A stretch of DNA of 64,000 nt from an uncultured Pseudomonadota bacterium (GTDB lineage Bacteria; Myxococcota_A; Polyangia; Fen-1088). Made by a program: the position numbers and the translations under genes. Below, piece by piece: positions 40,980-50,347 of this stretch. Position 1 is the stretch's first letter, and every line of letters starts with the position of its first letter. Under the pieces are notes generated by a model that saw only the letters and a program-made list of their open reading frames with translations, did no database searches and was not told where the DNA came from. The stretch spans positions 233,456-297,455 of the forward strand of contig CAVSOL010000017.1 of the NCBI GenBank assembly GCA_963729535.1, given 5' to 3'.

Positions 40980-42050
40980 TCAGCGCGAGCCGACGACCGC
41001 GGCGACACTCTTCCCGAGCTTCTTGACCGCCTCCTCGGGGTTCTCCGCGATCAACTCGCAGAAGTCGCCGATGTGGCCGGTGCCGCGGTTGGCGCCGTTG
41101 AGCGACAACATGAGCGGCATGAAGTACAGGTTGGCGGACGGCCCCATCACGTCGAACAGGTTGCCCGGGAAGCCGTTGATCTTCGAGCAGCGGGTCCGGA
41201 ACGCCGACAGCGACTCCCCTTCGGCGGTCGCGATGGCGACGTGGACGACCTGTCCGGCCGGGATGCCGGCGCCCGGGAACTTGAGCCACGCCGCGTTCCC
41301 GGCGGCGTCGGTCTCGCTCAGGATGTCGGCGGGCGCGCGTCCGTCGACCAGGCAGGCCGCGCTGTCCGCCGCGCAGCGCCGCTCGAGCGGCTGCAGGTAG
41401 ATGACGATGAACAGATCGCGCGGCTTGTCGAACAGCGCGGTGCGATCGATGCCGCCGAGTATCGGGGGCAGCGCCTCGCCGCCCAGCCCCTGCCCGAACT
41501 TGATCACCGCCTCCGCCTCCGAACGCGGCGGGTTGTCGCCTTCGAAGCTGCCCGACGACGCCAGCAGCCGGAGGACCTGCGGCAGGTCGTCGTTGCTGAT
41601 GTTGCCCAGCGAGCCGCCGATGAACGGCAGCAGCGACTCGTAGTCGCGCACGCCCGCGTCAGCCGCGCGCGCCAGCGCCGCCACCAGCACCTGCGAGTCG
41701 GTCGGCTGCGTCCCCGGCCGCTGCCCGAGCACCAGGCGCGGTCCGAACCGATCGGCGTACGTCGCGATGACGCCGATGTTCTCGACCTTCAGCCCGACAC
41801 CCTCCAGGTAGGCGCTGAGCCCCGTGAGGATGCTGGTGTACTTGTCCGCGAGGTTGGCCGACGAGCGCTGCAGGTTGGCCACCACCAGCACGCTCGCCGT
41901 CAGCGGCTTCGGCTGCGGCAACGCGTCCGGCCGGATCGGAATCAGCACGAACTTGGGCTCGCCGCCGTCATCGCCGCCCGGCACGACGACCGTACAACCG
42001 GCGACCGCCGCCGCCACCAGCAACACTCCCGAGAACACACGCGACTTCAT
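40980..42050 (-). CDS. Hypothetical lipoprotein (356 aa)
   Basis: ATGA overlap with the upstream stop. Lipobox LLVAAAVAGC. No family recognised. Confidence 0.6.
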   Translation of the reverse strand: MKSRVFSGVLLVAAAVAGCTVVVPGGDDGGEPKFVLIPIRPDALPQPKPLTASVLVVANLQRSSANLADKYTSILTGLSAYLEGVGLKVENIGVIATYADRFGPRLVLGQRPGTQPTDSQVLVAALARAADAGVRDYESLLPFIGGSLGNISNDDLPQVLRLLASSGSFEGDNPPRSEAEAVIKFGQGLGGEALPPILGGIDRTALFDKPRDLFIVIYLQPLERRCAADSAACLVDGRAPADILSETDAAGNAAWLKFPGAGIPAGQVVHVAIATAEGESLSAFRTRCSKINGFPGNLFDVMGPSANLYFMPLMLSLNGANRGTGHIGDFCELIAENPEEAVKKLGKSVAAVVGSR

Positions 42051-43156
42051 AGCGCCACCACCTTGCTCTTGGTTCCTTCATTGTCGGACGCAAGCCCCAG
42101 CGTCGGTGACGTCAGACCGCGATCGCGCAGCGCCTTGCGCAGCGCCGCGAACATCGCGCGGCGTGCCTCGGCGGATTCGCGCGGCGTCGGCGCCACCTCC
42201 AGCGACAGGTCTTCCTGGATCGCCGCCGCGACCGTCCGCGGCAGCGCGGCCAGCGCGCGCGTCGCGACGACCTCGGGGGCCTCCCGCAGGTAACGCGCCA
42301 GCACCTCGGTCGGCACCGCCATCGCGGCGGCGGCGAGCAGCTCGTCCGACACGCGCTCGAACGACTGGTCGTTGATCAGCGCCGCCTGCACGGCGCGCGC
42401 CTTCGCCGGGTCGGCGCGGCGCATCGCCTCCAGGATGTCGCCTTGCTCGTCGGACGGGCGCTCTTCGATCAGCTCGACGGCGAGATCGATGTCGCCGGTC
42501 TCGCCCGCGTCCAGGTGCGCCTGCTCCTCGGCGCGCGCGCGCAGCGTCGCGGCGACGTCGAGCAGGTGCTCCTTCGACAGCGACCGCGGCGCCGCCAGCG
42601 CCGCCGCCAGCGCCGAGCGCTCGGCCGGCGAGCGCTCGCCGAGGTAGACCGACCGCAGGTGGGCAGGGGCATAGCGCAGCGCCGCGGCCTGCACGGACGC
42701 CTGCTCGGGCGCCAGCACCGCCGCCAGCCGCTGCGGCGACAGCCCCAGCAGGAACGCGAACTCCTGTTCGACCGGATCCTCCGCGCCCACCATCCGGTGC
42801 TTGAGGATGCGCCGGTGAAGCTGCGCGACGATGTCGCGCGTGTCGCTGCGCGATCGCCCCTCGACGAGCAGCGCCGCCGCCTCGCGCAGCGGGACCGCGC
42901 ACGCCGGATCGCCGCGCAGGTCCTCGACCACGCCCGGGCCGACCAGCTCGACGGTGACGGCGACCTTCTCCAGCTCGCGCTCGCGCAGCAGCTCGCCCAT
43001 CACGCGGCGGGCCAGCACGCGATCCTCGCGCAGCGCGCGCCGCACGTCCGGCAGGTGATCGGCCGCGGCGGCGGCCGCGGCGGTCGACGCTGCCTTGCCG
43101 GCGCCCGCTGCCGTCGTCCGCGCTCTTGTCACGCCCCTGCGCCTGCGACGCTTCAC
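42047..43156 (-). CDS. FliG-like (FliG/MgtE-N superfamily) cytoplasmic domain protein. Probably continuous with 43153..43836 after frame correction.
   Basis: GDILEAMRRADPAKARAVQAALINDQSFERVSDELLAAAAMAVPTEVLARYLREAP and ALAALPRTVAAAIQEDLSLEVAPTPRESAEARRAMFAALRKALRDRGL resemble the FliG middle and C-terminal domains. This is pattern-level only; no alignment was run. Confidence 0.55.
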   Translation of the reverse strand: MKRRRRRGVTRARTTAAGAGKAASTAAAAAAADHLPDVRRALREDRVLARRVMGELLRERELEKVAVTVELVGPGVVEDLRGDPACAVPLREAAALLVEGRSRSDTRDIVAQLHRRILKHRMVGAEDPVEQEFAFLLGLSPQRLAAVLAPEQASVQAAALRYAPAHLRSVYLGERSPAERSALAAALAAPRSLSKEHLLDVAATLRARAEEQAHLDAGETGDIDLAVELIEERPSDEQGDILEAMRRADPAKARAVQAALINDQSFERVSDELLAAAAMAVPTEVLARYLREAPEVVATRALAALPRTVAAAIQEDLSLEVAPTPRESAEARRAMFAALRKALRDRGLTSPTLGLASDNEGTKSKVVAL

Positions 43157-43836
43157 CCTGGCGGCGCCGCGCCGACAGCAGCGCCATCACCAGCGCGCCG
43201 ATGATCAGGCCGGCGATCGCCAGCGCGATCGCGATCCAGATCGGCGTGCCGCGCAGCCCGGACGGGCTCCTGCGGCACGGGCGGCGGCGGCGCGGGCGCC
43301 GGCTGCCGCGCTCGGCGGGCTGCGGCGGCTGCTGCATCTGCGGCATCGGCGGGTAACTGAACGGCATCTCGCGCGGCGCCGGGCGCCTGCGGCCGCGGCG
43401 TCGGAAACGCGATCAGCGTCTCGCGGATATCGATCGGCACCGCGATGCCGTCCAGGCGGTTCTTGATCAGGGTCTTGAGGTCCTTGCGAAACGGCACCGG
43501 CAGCTTGGAGTCCAGCGTCAGCGCCACCTCCGCCTTCTCGGCGACGAACTCGGTGCCGGGCGCGAACTCCTCGAAGCCGGGCGCGGCGCCGGCGGGGAGC
43601 GCCGTCGGGCGCGTGACCCGCACGTCGACGTACTTGAGCTCCGCCTGACCGGGTGCCATCTGTTCCAGCAGCGGCACGATGCGGCGCTCGATGTCCTCGC
43701 GGACCCGCGCTTCCAGCATCGCCGCGTCGCTGCCGTTCGGCGGCCGCCGCTCGGCGCGTGCGGCGCCGGCGCCCAGCCACGTCAGCACCGCCGCGCAACC
43801 CGCGGCCAACACCACATGTCGTTTGAATCGAGACAT
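43153..43836 (-). CDS. Signal peptide, periplasmic domain, Pro/Gln-rich linker and single TM helix. This is the N-terminal part of the FliG-like protein if the two frame changes (about 43370 and 43140) are errors.
   Basis: ATG at 43836 with GGAGG 10 nt upstream. Signal VVLAAGCAAVLTWLGAGAARA. TM helix IWIAIALAIAGLIIGALVMALL followed by SARRRQ (frame of ORF 42078..43367). Confidence 0.55.
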   Translation of the reverse strand: MSRFKRHVVLAAGCAAVLTWLGAGAARAERRPPNGSDAAMLEARVREDIERRIVPLLEQMAPGQAELKYVDVRVTRPTALPAGAAPGFEEFAPGTEFVAEKAEVALTLDSKLPVPFRKDLKTLIKNRLDGIAVPIDIRETLIAFPTPRPQAPGAARDAVQLPADAADAAAAAARRARQPAPAPPPPVPQEPVRAARHADLDRDRAGDRRPDHRRAGDGAAVGAAPPG

Positions 43837-43849
43837 GGACCTCGTCCTC

Positions 43850-44554
43850 CTAATGAACACGGATCACCACTCGCCTGTTTTCCGAACGGGCGCGGGTCTG
43901 CGCCGCCCCGTCGCCGGTGACGGTCGTCGCCGGCCTCGTCTCCGCGTAACCTTGCGCCGACAGCCGCTGCGGGCTGATGCCGGCGGCCGTGAACTGCTTG
44001 AGCACGTTGATCGCGCGCGCCGACGACAGATCCCAGTTGGAGTCGAAGCGCGCCGTGTGGATGGGGACGTCGTCGGTGTGCCCCTCGATCGCGATCTGGT
44101 AGCGCGAATCGATGGTGGGCACCATCTTGACGACGCGATCGATCGCCGTGCGGCCCCCCTGCGTGATGTCGGCCTGGCCGCTGTCGAACAGCAGCGCGTT
44201 CTTCAGCTCCATCCGCAGCCCGGCGTCGTCGACGACGGTCTTGACCTGCGCCTGCAGCCCCTGCACCTCGAGCATCTGGTCGATCTTTTCCTTCAGCGCG
44301 TCCAGCGACGGCGGCGGCGCCGTGCGCGACAGCGCGGCGGACACCATCTCGAACTTGTGCAGGCTGACCTTCGACATCGCCAGCGCCAGGATCAGGAACG
44401 CGAGCAGCAGGCTGATGACGTCGACGTAGGGCAGCAGCCACGACGTGTCGTCGTCCTCGCTGTAAGCCAGCAGGTCGGAGTGGTCGTGCCCCCGACTGGC
44501 GCGCGCCGCCCTGGCGGTGCCGGGGACGGCGGCCTGGGAATCCGCCACGCTCAT
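43850..44554 (-). CDS. motB: MotB-type stator subunit with an OmpA-like peptidoglycan-binding domain
   Basis: ATGA overlap with motA. TM with conserved Asp: WLLPYVDVISLLLAFLILALAMS. OmpA-like domain: IAIEGHTDDVPIHTARFDSNWDLSSARAINVLKQF and GYAETRP. Confidence 0.9.
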   Translation of the reverse strand: MSVADSQAAVPGTARAARASRGHDHSDLLAYSEDDDTSWLLPYVDVISLLLAFLILALAMSKVSLHKFEMVSAALSRTAPPPSLDALKEKIDQMLEVQGLQAQVKTVVDDAGLRMELKNALLFDSGQADITQGGRTAIDRVVKMVPTIDSRYQIAIEGHTDDVPIHTARFDSNWDLSSARAINVLKQFTAAGISPQRLSAQGYAETRPATTVTGDGAAQTRARSENRRVVIRVH

Positions 44555-45312
44555 GCAGCCTCCGCCGACGGTGGCGCGCTACCGGACGCGCCCGACAGCA
44601 GCCGCAGGTCGTAGAGCGATCGCCCCTCGGCGATGCTGGTCAGGCCGCGCTCGAGCAGGCGCGCGCTGACCGACAGGTTGCGGCCGTAGCTGTCGATGCG
44701 GCGCGCGAACGGCGCCCAGATGCCGTACGCCAGGATGAGGCCGTAAAGCGTCGCCAGCTGCGCGACCGCCATCGCCGGCCCCAGCTGCTCGAAGTTGCGC
44801 AGGTTCATCAGCATGTTCACCAGGCCGACGATCGTCCCCATCAGGCCGACGGCGGGCGTCGTGCGCGCCAGGAAACGAAACACCTCTTCGCCCGCCTTGA
44901 CCTCGGCGAGGCGCGCGTACGACAGGGTCAGCACGGTCTCGCGCGCGTCGGCGCCGCCGCCCGGTTGCAGCAGCAGCGGCCCGACCTCGCGCAGCAGCGG
45001 GTCCTGCGCCTCGGCGAGCACCTTCGACGCCTCGACGTTGCGCCCCTGTTTCAGCTCGCGGCCGAAGCGATACAGGTCGGCGATCATGCGCGCCTCGGCG
45101 CGGCGCGGGTTGTGGCGAAGCGCCTGCGCCAGCGTCACGATGCCCCGCCAGATGTCGGACAGGTTGTGGCCCACCAGCAGGATCGCGGGCGGCGCGCCGA
45201 GCAGCAGGATGAACGCCGCCGGGTGGAAGAACCCGGTGAACCCCGTGGGCATGTGGTTGCGCGTCGCCACCAGCGTCAGCGCCAGACCCGCCAGACCAAA
45301 GATGATGTGCAT
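44551..45312 (-). CDS. motA: MotA/PomA-type stator channel subunit (4 TM)
   Basis: TM1-2: IIFGLAGLALTLVAT and AAFILLLGAPPAILLVG. A cytoplasmic loop of about 100 aa follows. TM3-4: TTPAVGLMGTIVGLVNMLMN and AVAQLATLYGLILAYGIWAPFARRI. Confidence 0.9.
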   Translation of the reverse strand: MHIIFGLAGLALTLVATRNHMPTGFTGFFHPAAFILLLGAPPAILLVGHNLSDIWRGIVTLAQALRHNPRRAEARMIADLYRFGRELKQGRNVEASKVLAEAQDPLLREVGPLLLQPGGGADARETVLTLSYARLAEVKAGEEVFRFLARTTPAVGLMGTIVGLVNMLMNLRNFEQLGPAMAVAQLATLYGLILAYGIWAPFARRIDSYGRNLSVSARLLERGLTSIAEGRSLYDLRLLSGASGSAPPSAEAA

Positions 45313-45342
45313 TCGTTTGTCTGCCTTTTACGTTGCTGATGT

Positions 45343-46113
45343 CTATTTGCTGAGGCGCTGCAGCGCTTCCAGGATCGCCAGGTTGTAGGGATTGATGCGC
45401 AGCGCCTGCTGCCACGCCTCGCGCGCCATCTGCTTCTGGCCCAGGCGCTCGGCCAGCGAGCCCTTCATCGACAGGATGTGCTCGTCGTCGGGGTATTGCC
45501 GTTCCAGCTCGACCAGCTCGACCAGCGCCAGCTCGTATTGCCGCGCGCGGTACATGTCCTTCACGCGCGCCAGCGTCAGCAGGTAGCTGGCCTTCGCCGC
45601 CGGCGGCTTGTCGGCGCCGGGCGCGGACGCCGGCGTCACCCTGCGCCGGTCGGGCTTGGCGGCCTTCGCGTCCTTACCGTCATCTTCGTCCTCGTCGTCC
45701 GCGGCCGCACGCTTGCCGCGCGCGCCCGCCTTTCTACCCACGTTGCCGTCGCGCGCGTCCTTGGGCCGATCGCCGTCGGCGAGCTGTTCCGCCCGCGCCG
45801 ACGCCTCGCGCTCGGCCATGATCTCGCGGTCGGCGGCGGTCATCGACGCCAGGTCGGCGCGCATGCCCGTCACCTTGCCGCTCATCGGCACCTTGACCTC
45901 GTACGCGGTCGCGATCTCGGGCAGCTGGATCTCCCAGTCGCGCTGGCCGTCGGTCATCTTGACGACGTAGCGCGTGCGCGGCGGCTCGCCGCCCGCCGTG
46001 TACGGCGCCCCGCGCAGCAGCTCGGGCGGCACGCGCACGTCGGCGGGGACGGGCCGCGTCAGCGTGCAGCCGCCCGCCGCGATCAGGAACGCCAGTATCG
46101 AAAGTCTTGCCAT
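45343..46113 (-). CDS. TPR lipoprotein with a highly charged central linker
   Basis: Lipobox AFLIAAGGC. Central linker KRAAADDEDEDDGKDAKAAKPD. C-terminal TPRs: YELALVELVELERQYPDDEHILSMKG..AREAWQQALRINPYN. Confidence 0.7.
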   Translation of the reverse strand: MARLSILAFLIAAGGCTLTRPVPADVRVPPELLRGAPYTAGGEPPRTRYVVKMTDGQRDWEIQLPEIATAYEVKVPMSGKVTGMRADLASMTAADREIMAEREASARAEQLADGDRPKDARDGNVGRKAGARGKRAAADDEDEDDGKDAKAAKPDRRRVTPASAPGADKPPAAKASYLLTLARVKDMYRARQYELALVELVELERQYPDDEHILSMKGSLAERLGQKQMAREAWQQALRINPYNLAILEALQRLSK

Positions 46114-46118
46114 CGATT

Positions 46119-47537
46119 TCACCAGTTCATCGCCGCGCGCAGGCGGAAGCCAACGCCACCTAGATCGTAGCCCGAGAACTTCGTCGGGAACACGTACATG
46201 AGCCCTCCCTGCAGTGACAGCCGCCACTTGAGGTGCGTGTCCAGGCCGCTCTCGACATAGAACGTGTTCCCCTCGTTGCCGGAGAACATGCCGCCGCCCT
46301 CCGTGTAGAACCAGACCTCGGCGCGATTGAGGTTGGGCGGCGACAGGTTGTGCGAGAAGTACGCGCCGAGCAGGATCGAGTTCAGCGCGGTCGGGCCCCC
46401 GGCCGTCGCCTGTTTGGGTGGTCCGGTGGTGAAGATGCCCGCGGACAGCCCGAACAGGCTGCCCAGGTCCTCACCGAACTTCTCGTGAAACCTCAGTGAC
46501 ACCTGCGCGCCGGCGATGCTGCCGGTGGGCGCGTTGTAGCCGACCTGCGCGACGCCCAGCGACGCCGCGTAGCCGTAGTTGGGGCGCGCGGCGATCTTCT
46601 GTTCCAGCTCGGCGGCGCGTTCGGCGCGGGTCGGGATGCGGCGTCCGGTGCGCAGCAGCGCCGCCATCGTGGCGTCCGACCGATAGGCGTCGCTCCACAC
46701 CACGCCGCCGTCGGAGGCGCGGAACGCCATCGCCTGCATCCACACCACGTTCGAGTTCGGCGCGTAGGTGAAGTCGACGTCCATGAACGTCTTGATGCCG
46801 GTGGTCTGGCCGATGCGCCGCAGGTCCTCCTGCTTGACCGCGCCCATCGTCACCATCCAGTTGCCGTCCTCGACGCGCGAGCGCAGCGACGTGCACTCGG
46901 CGCACACCGTGATCTTGACGCTGGTCGAGTTGACCAGCCGCGCGATCAGGCGCGTCTCCAGCGTGCGCGCGAACTCGGGTCGCAGGTTCGCCGACAGGCG
47001 CACCAGCCGGATCGACATCGGCGACAGCAGGTTCGGATCCTCGCGCGCGAGCTGGCGCGCGATCTCGTCCATGATGTCGTCGACCAGCTCGAAGAAGTCG
47101 ATGCTCGACTGCGATCGCTGCACCAGCTGTTCGACCGCGCTGGGCGACGCCGGCCGCTGGGGCTGCGCGCGCTGCTCGACCTGGACGCGGTTGGAGCTCG
47201 ACACGCCGGCCGACGCGGCTTCGACCATCGTCCCGGGCCGCTTCGGAGTCGTGGCCGGCGGCTGCGTCGGCTGGCGGTAATAGCTGCGCGGGGTCTCCCG
47301 GTCGTTTCGCTGTGGCACCTCGCCGGTCTTGGGATCCGGCTGCCCCTGCGAGGAGTCCTGGCTCCGCCTCGGTTGCGGCGGCAAGGAGTCCGGGGTCCCC
47401 GACGGCGGCACCCACGGCGCTTGCTGCGCCTGCGCCCACGCGGCGCGCTCCGCCAGGGCGCCCGCGACGAGCGCGGCCGCGATCCCGATCGCCGTCAATG
47501 ACCTAGAACGCAATGCCCACCTGGAAACGGACGCCAT
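46119..47537 (-). CDS. Predicted outer-membrane protein: Pro/Gln-rich linker, alpha/beta domain (LpoB/CsgG/FlgO-like pattern) and C-terminal beta-barrel
   Basis: Signal SLTAIGIAAALVAGALA. Alpha/beta domain: IDFFELVDDIMDEIARQLA..IRLVRL..TLETRLIARLVNSTSVKI..EDLRRIGQTTGIKTFMDVDF..AMAFRASDGGVVWS. Alternating beta pattern ending ..GVGFRLRAAMNW. Confidence 0.6.
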   Translation of the reverse strand: MASVSRWALRSRSLTAIGIAAALVAGALAERAAWAQAQQAPWVPPSGTPDSLPPQPRRSQDSSQGQPDPKTGEVPQRNDRETPRSYYRQPTQPPATTPKRPGTMVEAASAGVSSSNRVQVEQRAQPQRPASPSAVEQLVQRSQSSIDFFELVDDIMDEIARQLAREDPNLLSPMSIRLVRLSANLRPEFARTLETRLIARLVNSTSVKITVCAECTSLRSRVEDGNWMVTMGAVKQEDLRRIGQTTGIKTFMDVDFTYAPNSNVVWMQAMAFRASDGGVVWSDAYRSDATMAALLRTGRRIPTRAERAAELEQKIAARPNYGYAASLGVAQVGYNAPTGSIAGAQVSLRFHEKFGEDLGSLFGLSAGIFTTGPPKQATAGGPTALNSILLGAYFSHNLSPPNLNRAEVWFYTEGGGMFSGNEGNTFYVESGLDTHLKWRLSLQGGLMYVFPTKFSGYDLGGVGFRLRAAMNW

Positions 47538-48313
47538 GTTTGTCCGCATCAACGCTGCTTTGCCATATCGCCAGCAAATCCTTGCTCGGGAGCACCATCG
47601 TGTCTTCCGCCCCCGTGAAGTAGATGTATTCGAACAGGTATTCGAGGCTCAACCGTAGCGCGGAGACCGACAGCTGCACGCCGGCCGCCAGGTTGAGGCT
47701 GTGGGCCCGGCCATTGCCTTTCATGAAGACGCTCTGCCCTGTCATCGGGTCGAAGCGAAAGACCTGCAGGTGGGCCTTGGTCACCGAGAAGCCCGCGCCG
47801 ACAAACGGCGTGAAGTCCTTGGGGAGCAGCATCCAGCGTCCGCTGCCGCCCATCAACGTCCGGGTGCAGTCGCCGTTGAGCGACCCGTACATGTCCGTTG
47901 CAGTTCATCTCGCGCTTGCCGTAGCGGGCGGAGACCTCGAGCTGGCGCAGGATGTTCCACGAGAACACCGCGCCGTAGCTGGCCAGGCCGGTGCCCAGGA
48001 AGCCTTCGACCGACAGCGGGCGCTGCACGCGCTGGGGCTGCGTGGTCGCGAGCCAGTTCGCGATCGCGGCCTCGCGCGCCTGTTGCTCGGCGACCATCGC
48101 CTGCCGCCGCTCGTTGGCCAGCCGGCGCTCGAACATCTGCAGCCGGCACGCGCGGTGGGCACGCGCGGCCGCGGGGCTTTCGTCTTCGGGGTCGAACGAC
48201 AGCGCCTGCTCGCACGCGTCGTCGCTGACCTGCTGCACGAACGACTGTGCCCGCGCCGCGCGCGCGCCTGCCAGCGCCAGCGCGACAACGACGAGGACGC
48301 GCGCGGCGATCAC
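47503..48313 (-). CDS. Predicted outer-membrane beta-barrel protein. One frame change near 47890.
   Basis: GTGA overlap with the upstream stop. Signal VLVVVALALAGARAARA. C-terminus ..HGVRFQVGIAF. Confidence 0.6.
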
Positions 48314-50347
48314 GAGCCGCCTCCAGTCGATTGGACGCTGTCGACGCTGCCAACGGCGCCGTTGGCGCCCATGGCGACGCCGAGCGGGCGCGGCCAGCGA
48401 CGCAGTCCGCCGGGGGTGGGGTCATTGCCGCGGCTGGGGACGAACACGACCGGTCCGACCTCTTCCAGCGCCGACCCGACGTCGATGCGCGGCATGCGCA
48501 CGTCGTACTTGCGGCCGATGAGCACGTCGCCGAGCAGGATCGGGCGCCGAGCCGAGCCCACCGTCTCCGCGTACGCGCGCGCCCCGGTCTTGAGGTGGGC
48601 GCTGGCGGCGCGATACAGCGTCGTCAGCTCCTCGTCGACGGGTCCCCGGCCCGCGTCGCCGAGGTGACGCTTCAGCGTATCCACCAGCGTGCCCAGGTTC
48701 GCCTGGTCGTCGTTTTCGACCAGCGCCGGCAGCGCGTCGCGCGCCACCACCAGCAGCGCGCGCTGCCAGTTCACCGACCGCGCCGCGCGCCGCTTGTCGC
48801 GCGCGCGGTCGCGCTCGGCCGTCGCGATCAGCGCGCCGTCCTTCGGAAGTCTGTCCGCGCGCGGTTTGTCAGCATTCGCCTTGGCGTTGAGCGCGATCGC
48901 GTGGCGCATGCTGTCGTCCATGTCGAGCTCGCTGTTCTCCTCCTGGCCGGCGAGCAAGCGGAACGTGCGCGCGAACTCGGCGACGGTCGCCGGCGCGCGC
49001 CGCCGCGACCGACGCGCGCGCCAGGTGCTGCAACGGGCGGCTGCCGTCCTTGTCGTTTTCGTTCAGCCACAGGAAGGTGGCCATCGCCGACTTGAACGCC
49101 TGCGCCTCCAGCGCGAGCTGCGCGAACGCCTCCGCGCGCTGCAGGCGCTCGCGCGGCGGACCAAGCGACTCCAGCACCTCCAGCGTCTCGGCGGAGACCG
49201 GCGACGCCAGCAGCGTGCGCAGCGCCAGGTCCATGACCGCCGCCAGCGCCGGATCTTCGTCCACCTCGCGCCGCGAGCGCCGGTTCAGCACCTCGCGCGC
49301 CTCCGCCAGCAGGTCGCCGCGGCGGCCGGCGCGCGCGTGCGCCTCGGCCTGGCGGAACGCGATGAAGCGCCCCACGGGGTCCTGGCCGTGGGGCGGCGGG
49401 CCGAGCATCACGACGGCTTCGTCCTTCTTGCCGAGCGCGATCAGCCGTTCAGCGAGCAGCAGCGACAGCGATCGGCGTGTCTCGGGCGCCAGCGGCAGCG
49501 CCAGCGCGGCCCGCCCGCGCGCCTGCAGCTCTTCGGCGGTCAGGTGCGGCCACGACAGGGCGGCGACGCCCGACGCCAGCAGCATGCGCGCGCGTTCGGC
49601 GGGCGCGATCGCGTCGGGCGCGAGGCGCTCGAGGCGCGCGAGCGGCGCCGCCGCCGCGGCCGCGTCGCCGCGCGCGACGTCCAGCACCGCGGCCTGCACG
49701 AGCAGCACCGGCGTCGCGGGGTGGGAGGCGGGGAGGGTGGTGGCGGCGTTCGTCACCAGCGCCACCTCGCGCTCGCTGGCGGCGGCGCTGGTGAGCCCGG
49801 CGACCTGGGTCGGTTGGTCTCCGCAAAGGCTGGTGACCGCCGGCATCGGCAGCTCGTCGCTCCAGTGCTCGCGCTCGACGGGCCAGAAGATGCCGCCCTC
49901 CCGCTCGCCCAGCTGCGTGCGCGCCGGCGCCGTCGCCCGCCCCGCCGCCTGGGTGCCGCGACTGAGCCGGAGGCGTTCGATCTGCACCAGCCGCCGCAGG
50001 TGGTCCCACGGATCACGCAGCGGCTTGCGAATCGCCTGCGCCGCCGGGATCGCCGCCAGCGGCTCGCAGCGCAGGAGCGCGAGCAGCTCGGACCAGAAGT
50101 CCAGCGCGGTGTCCGGTCGGCCGGCTTCGCGGTCCGCGAGCCGCGTCAGCGCGACGTGCGCCGTCGTCAGGTCCCCGCGCCACACGGCATCGCCGGTCGC
50201 GACCAGCAGCTCGTCCCGCGTCTCGTGCGCCGGCCCGACAGCGCCGACCAGCGGCGCGCGCTGCGGCCGACGACCGGACGCCGCGCACGCGGCGCACGCC
50301 GAGACGGCGGCCAGAGCCGTCGCGATGACGACGGCGCGCCCGTTCAC
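48310..50347 (-). CDS. Large hypothetical lipoprotein/periplasmic helical protein (about 679 codons). One frame change near 48955.
   Basis: GTGA overlap with the upstream stop. Signal AVVIATALAAVSACAAC. ORFs 48869..50347 and 48310..48957 join as ..ARASVAAARAGDR / ..FRLLAGQEENSEL.. No family recognised. Confidence 0.6.

Noticed and set aside
43850-45312. The MotA/MotB pair as a Zorya (ZorAB) anti-phage system
   Set aside because: The A subunit is only 253 aa with no long C-terminal tail. No ZorC/ZorD-like (helicase or nuclease) genes are adjacent. The pair is embedded in an envelope-protein operon.
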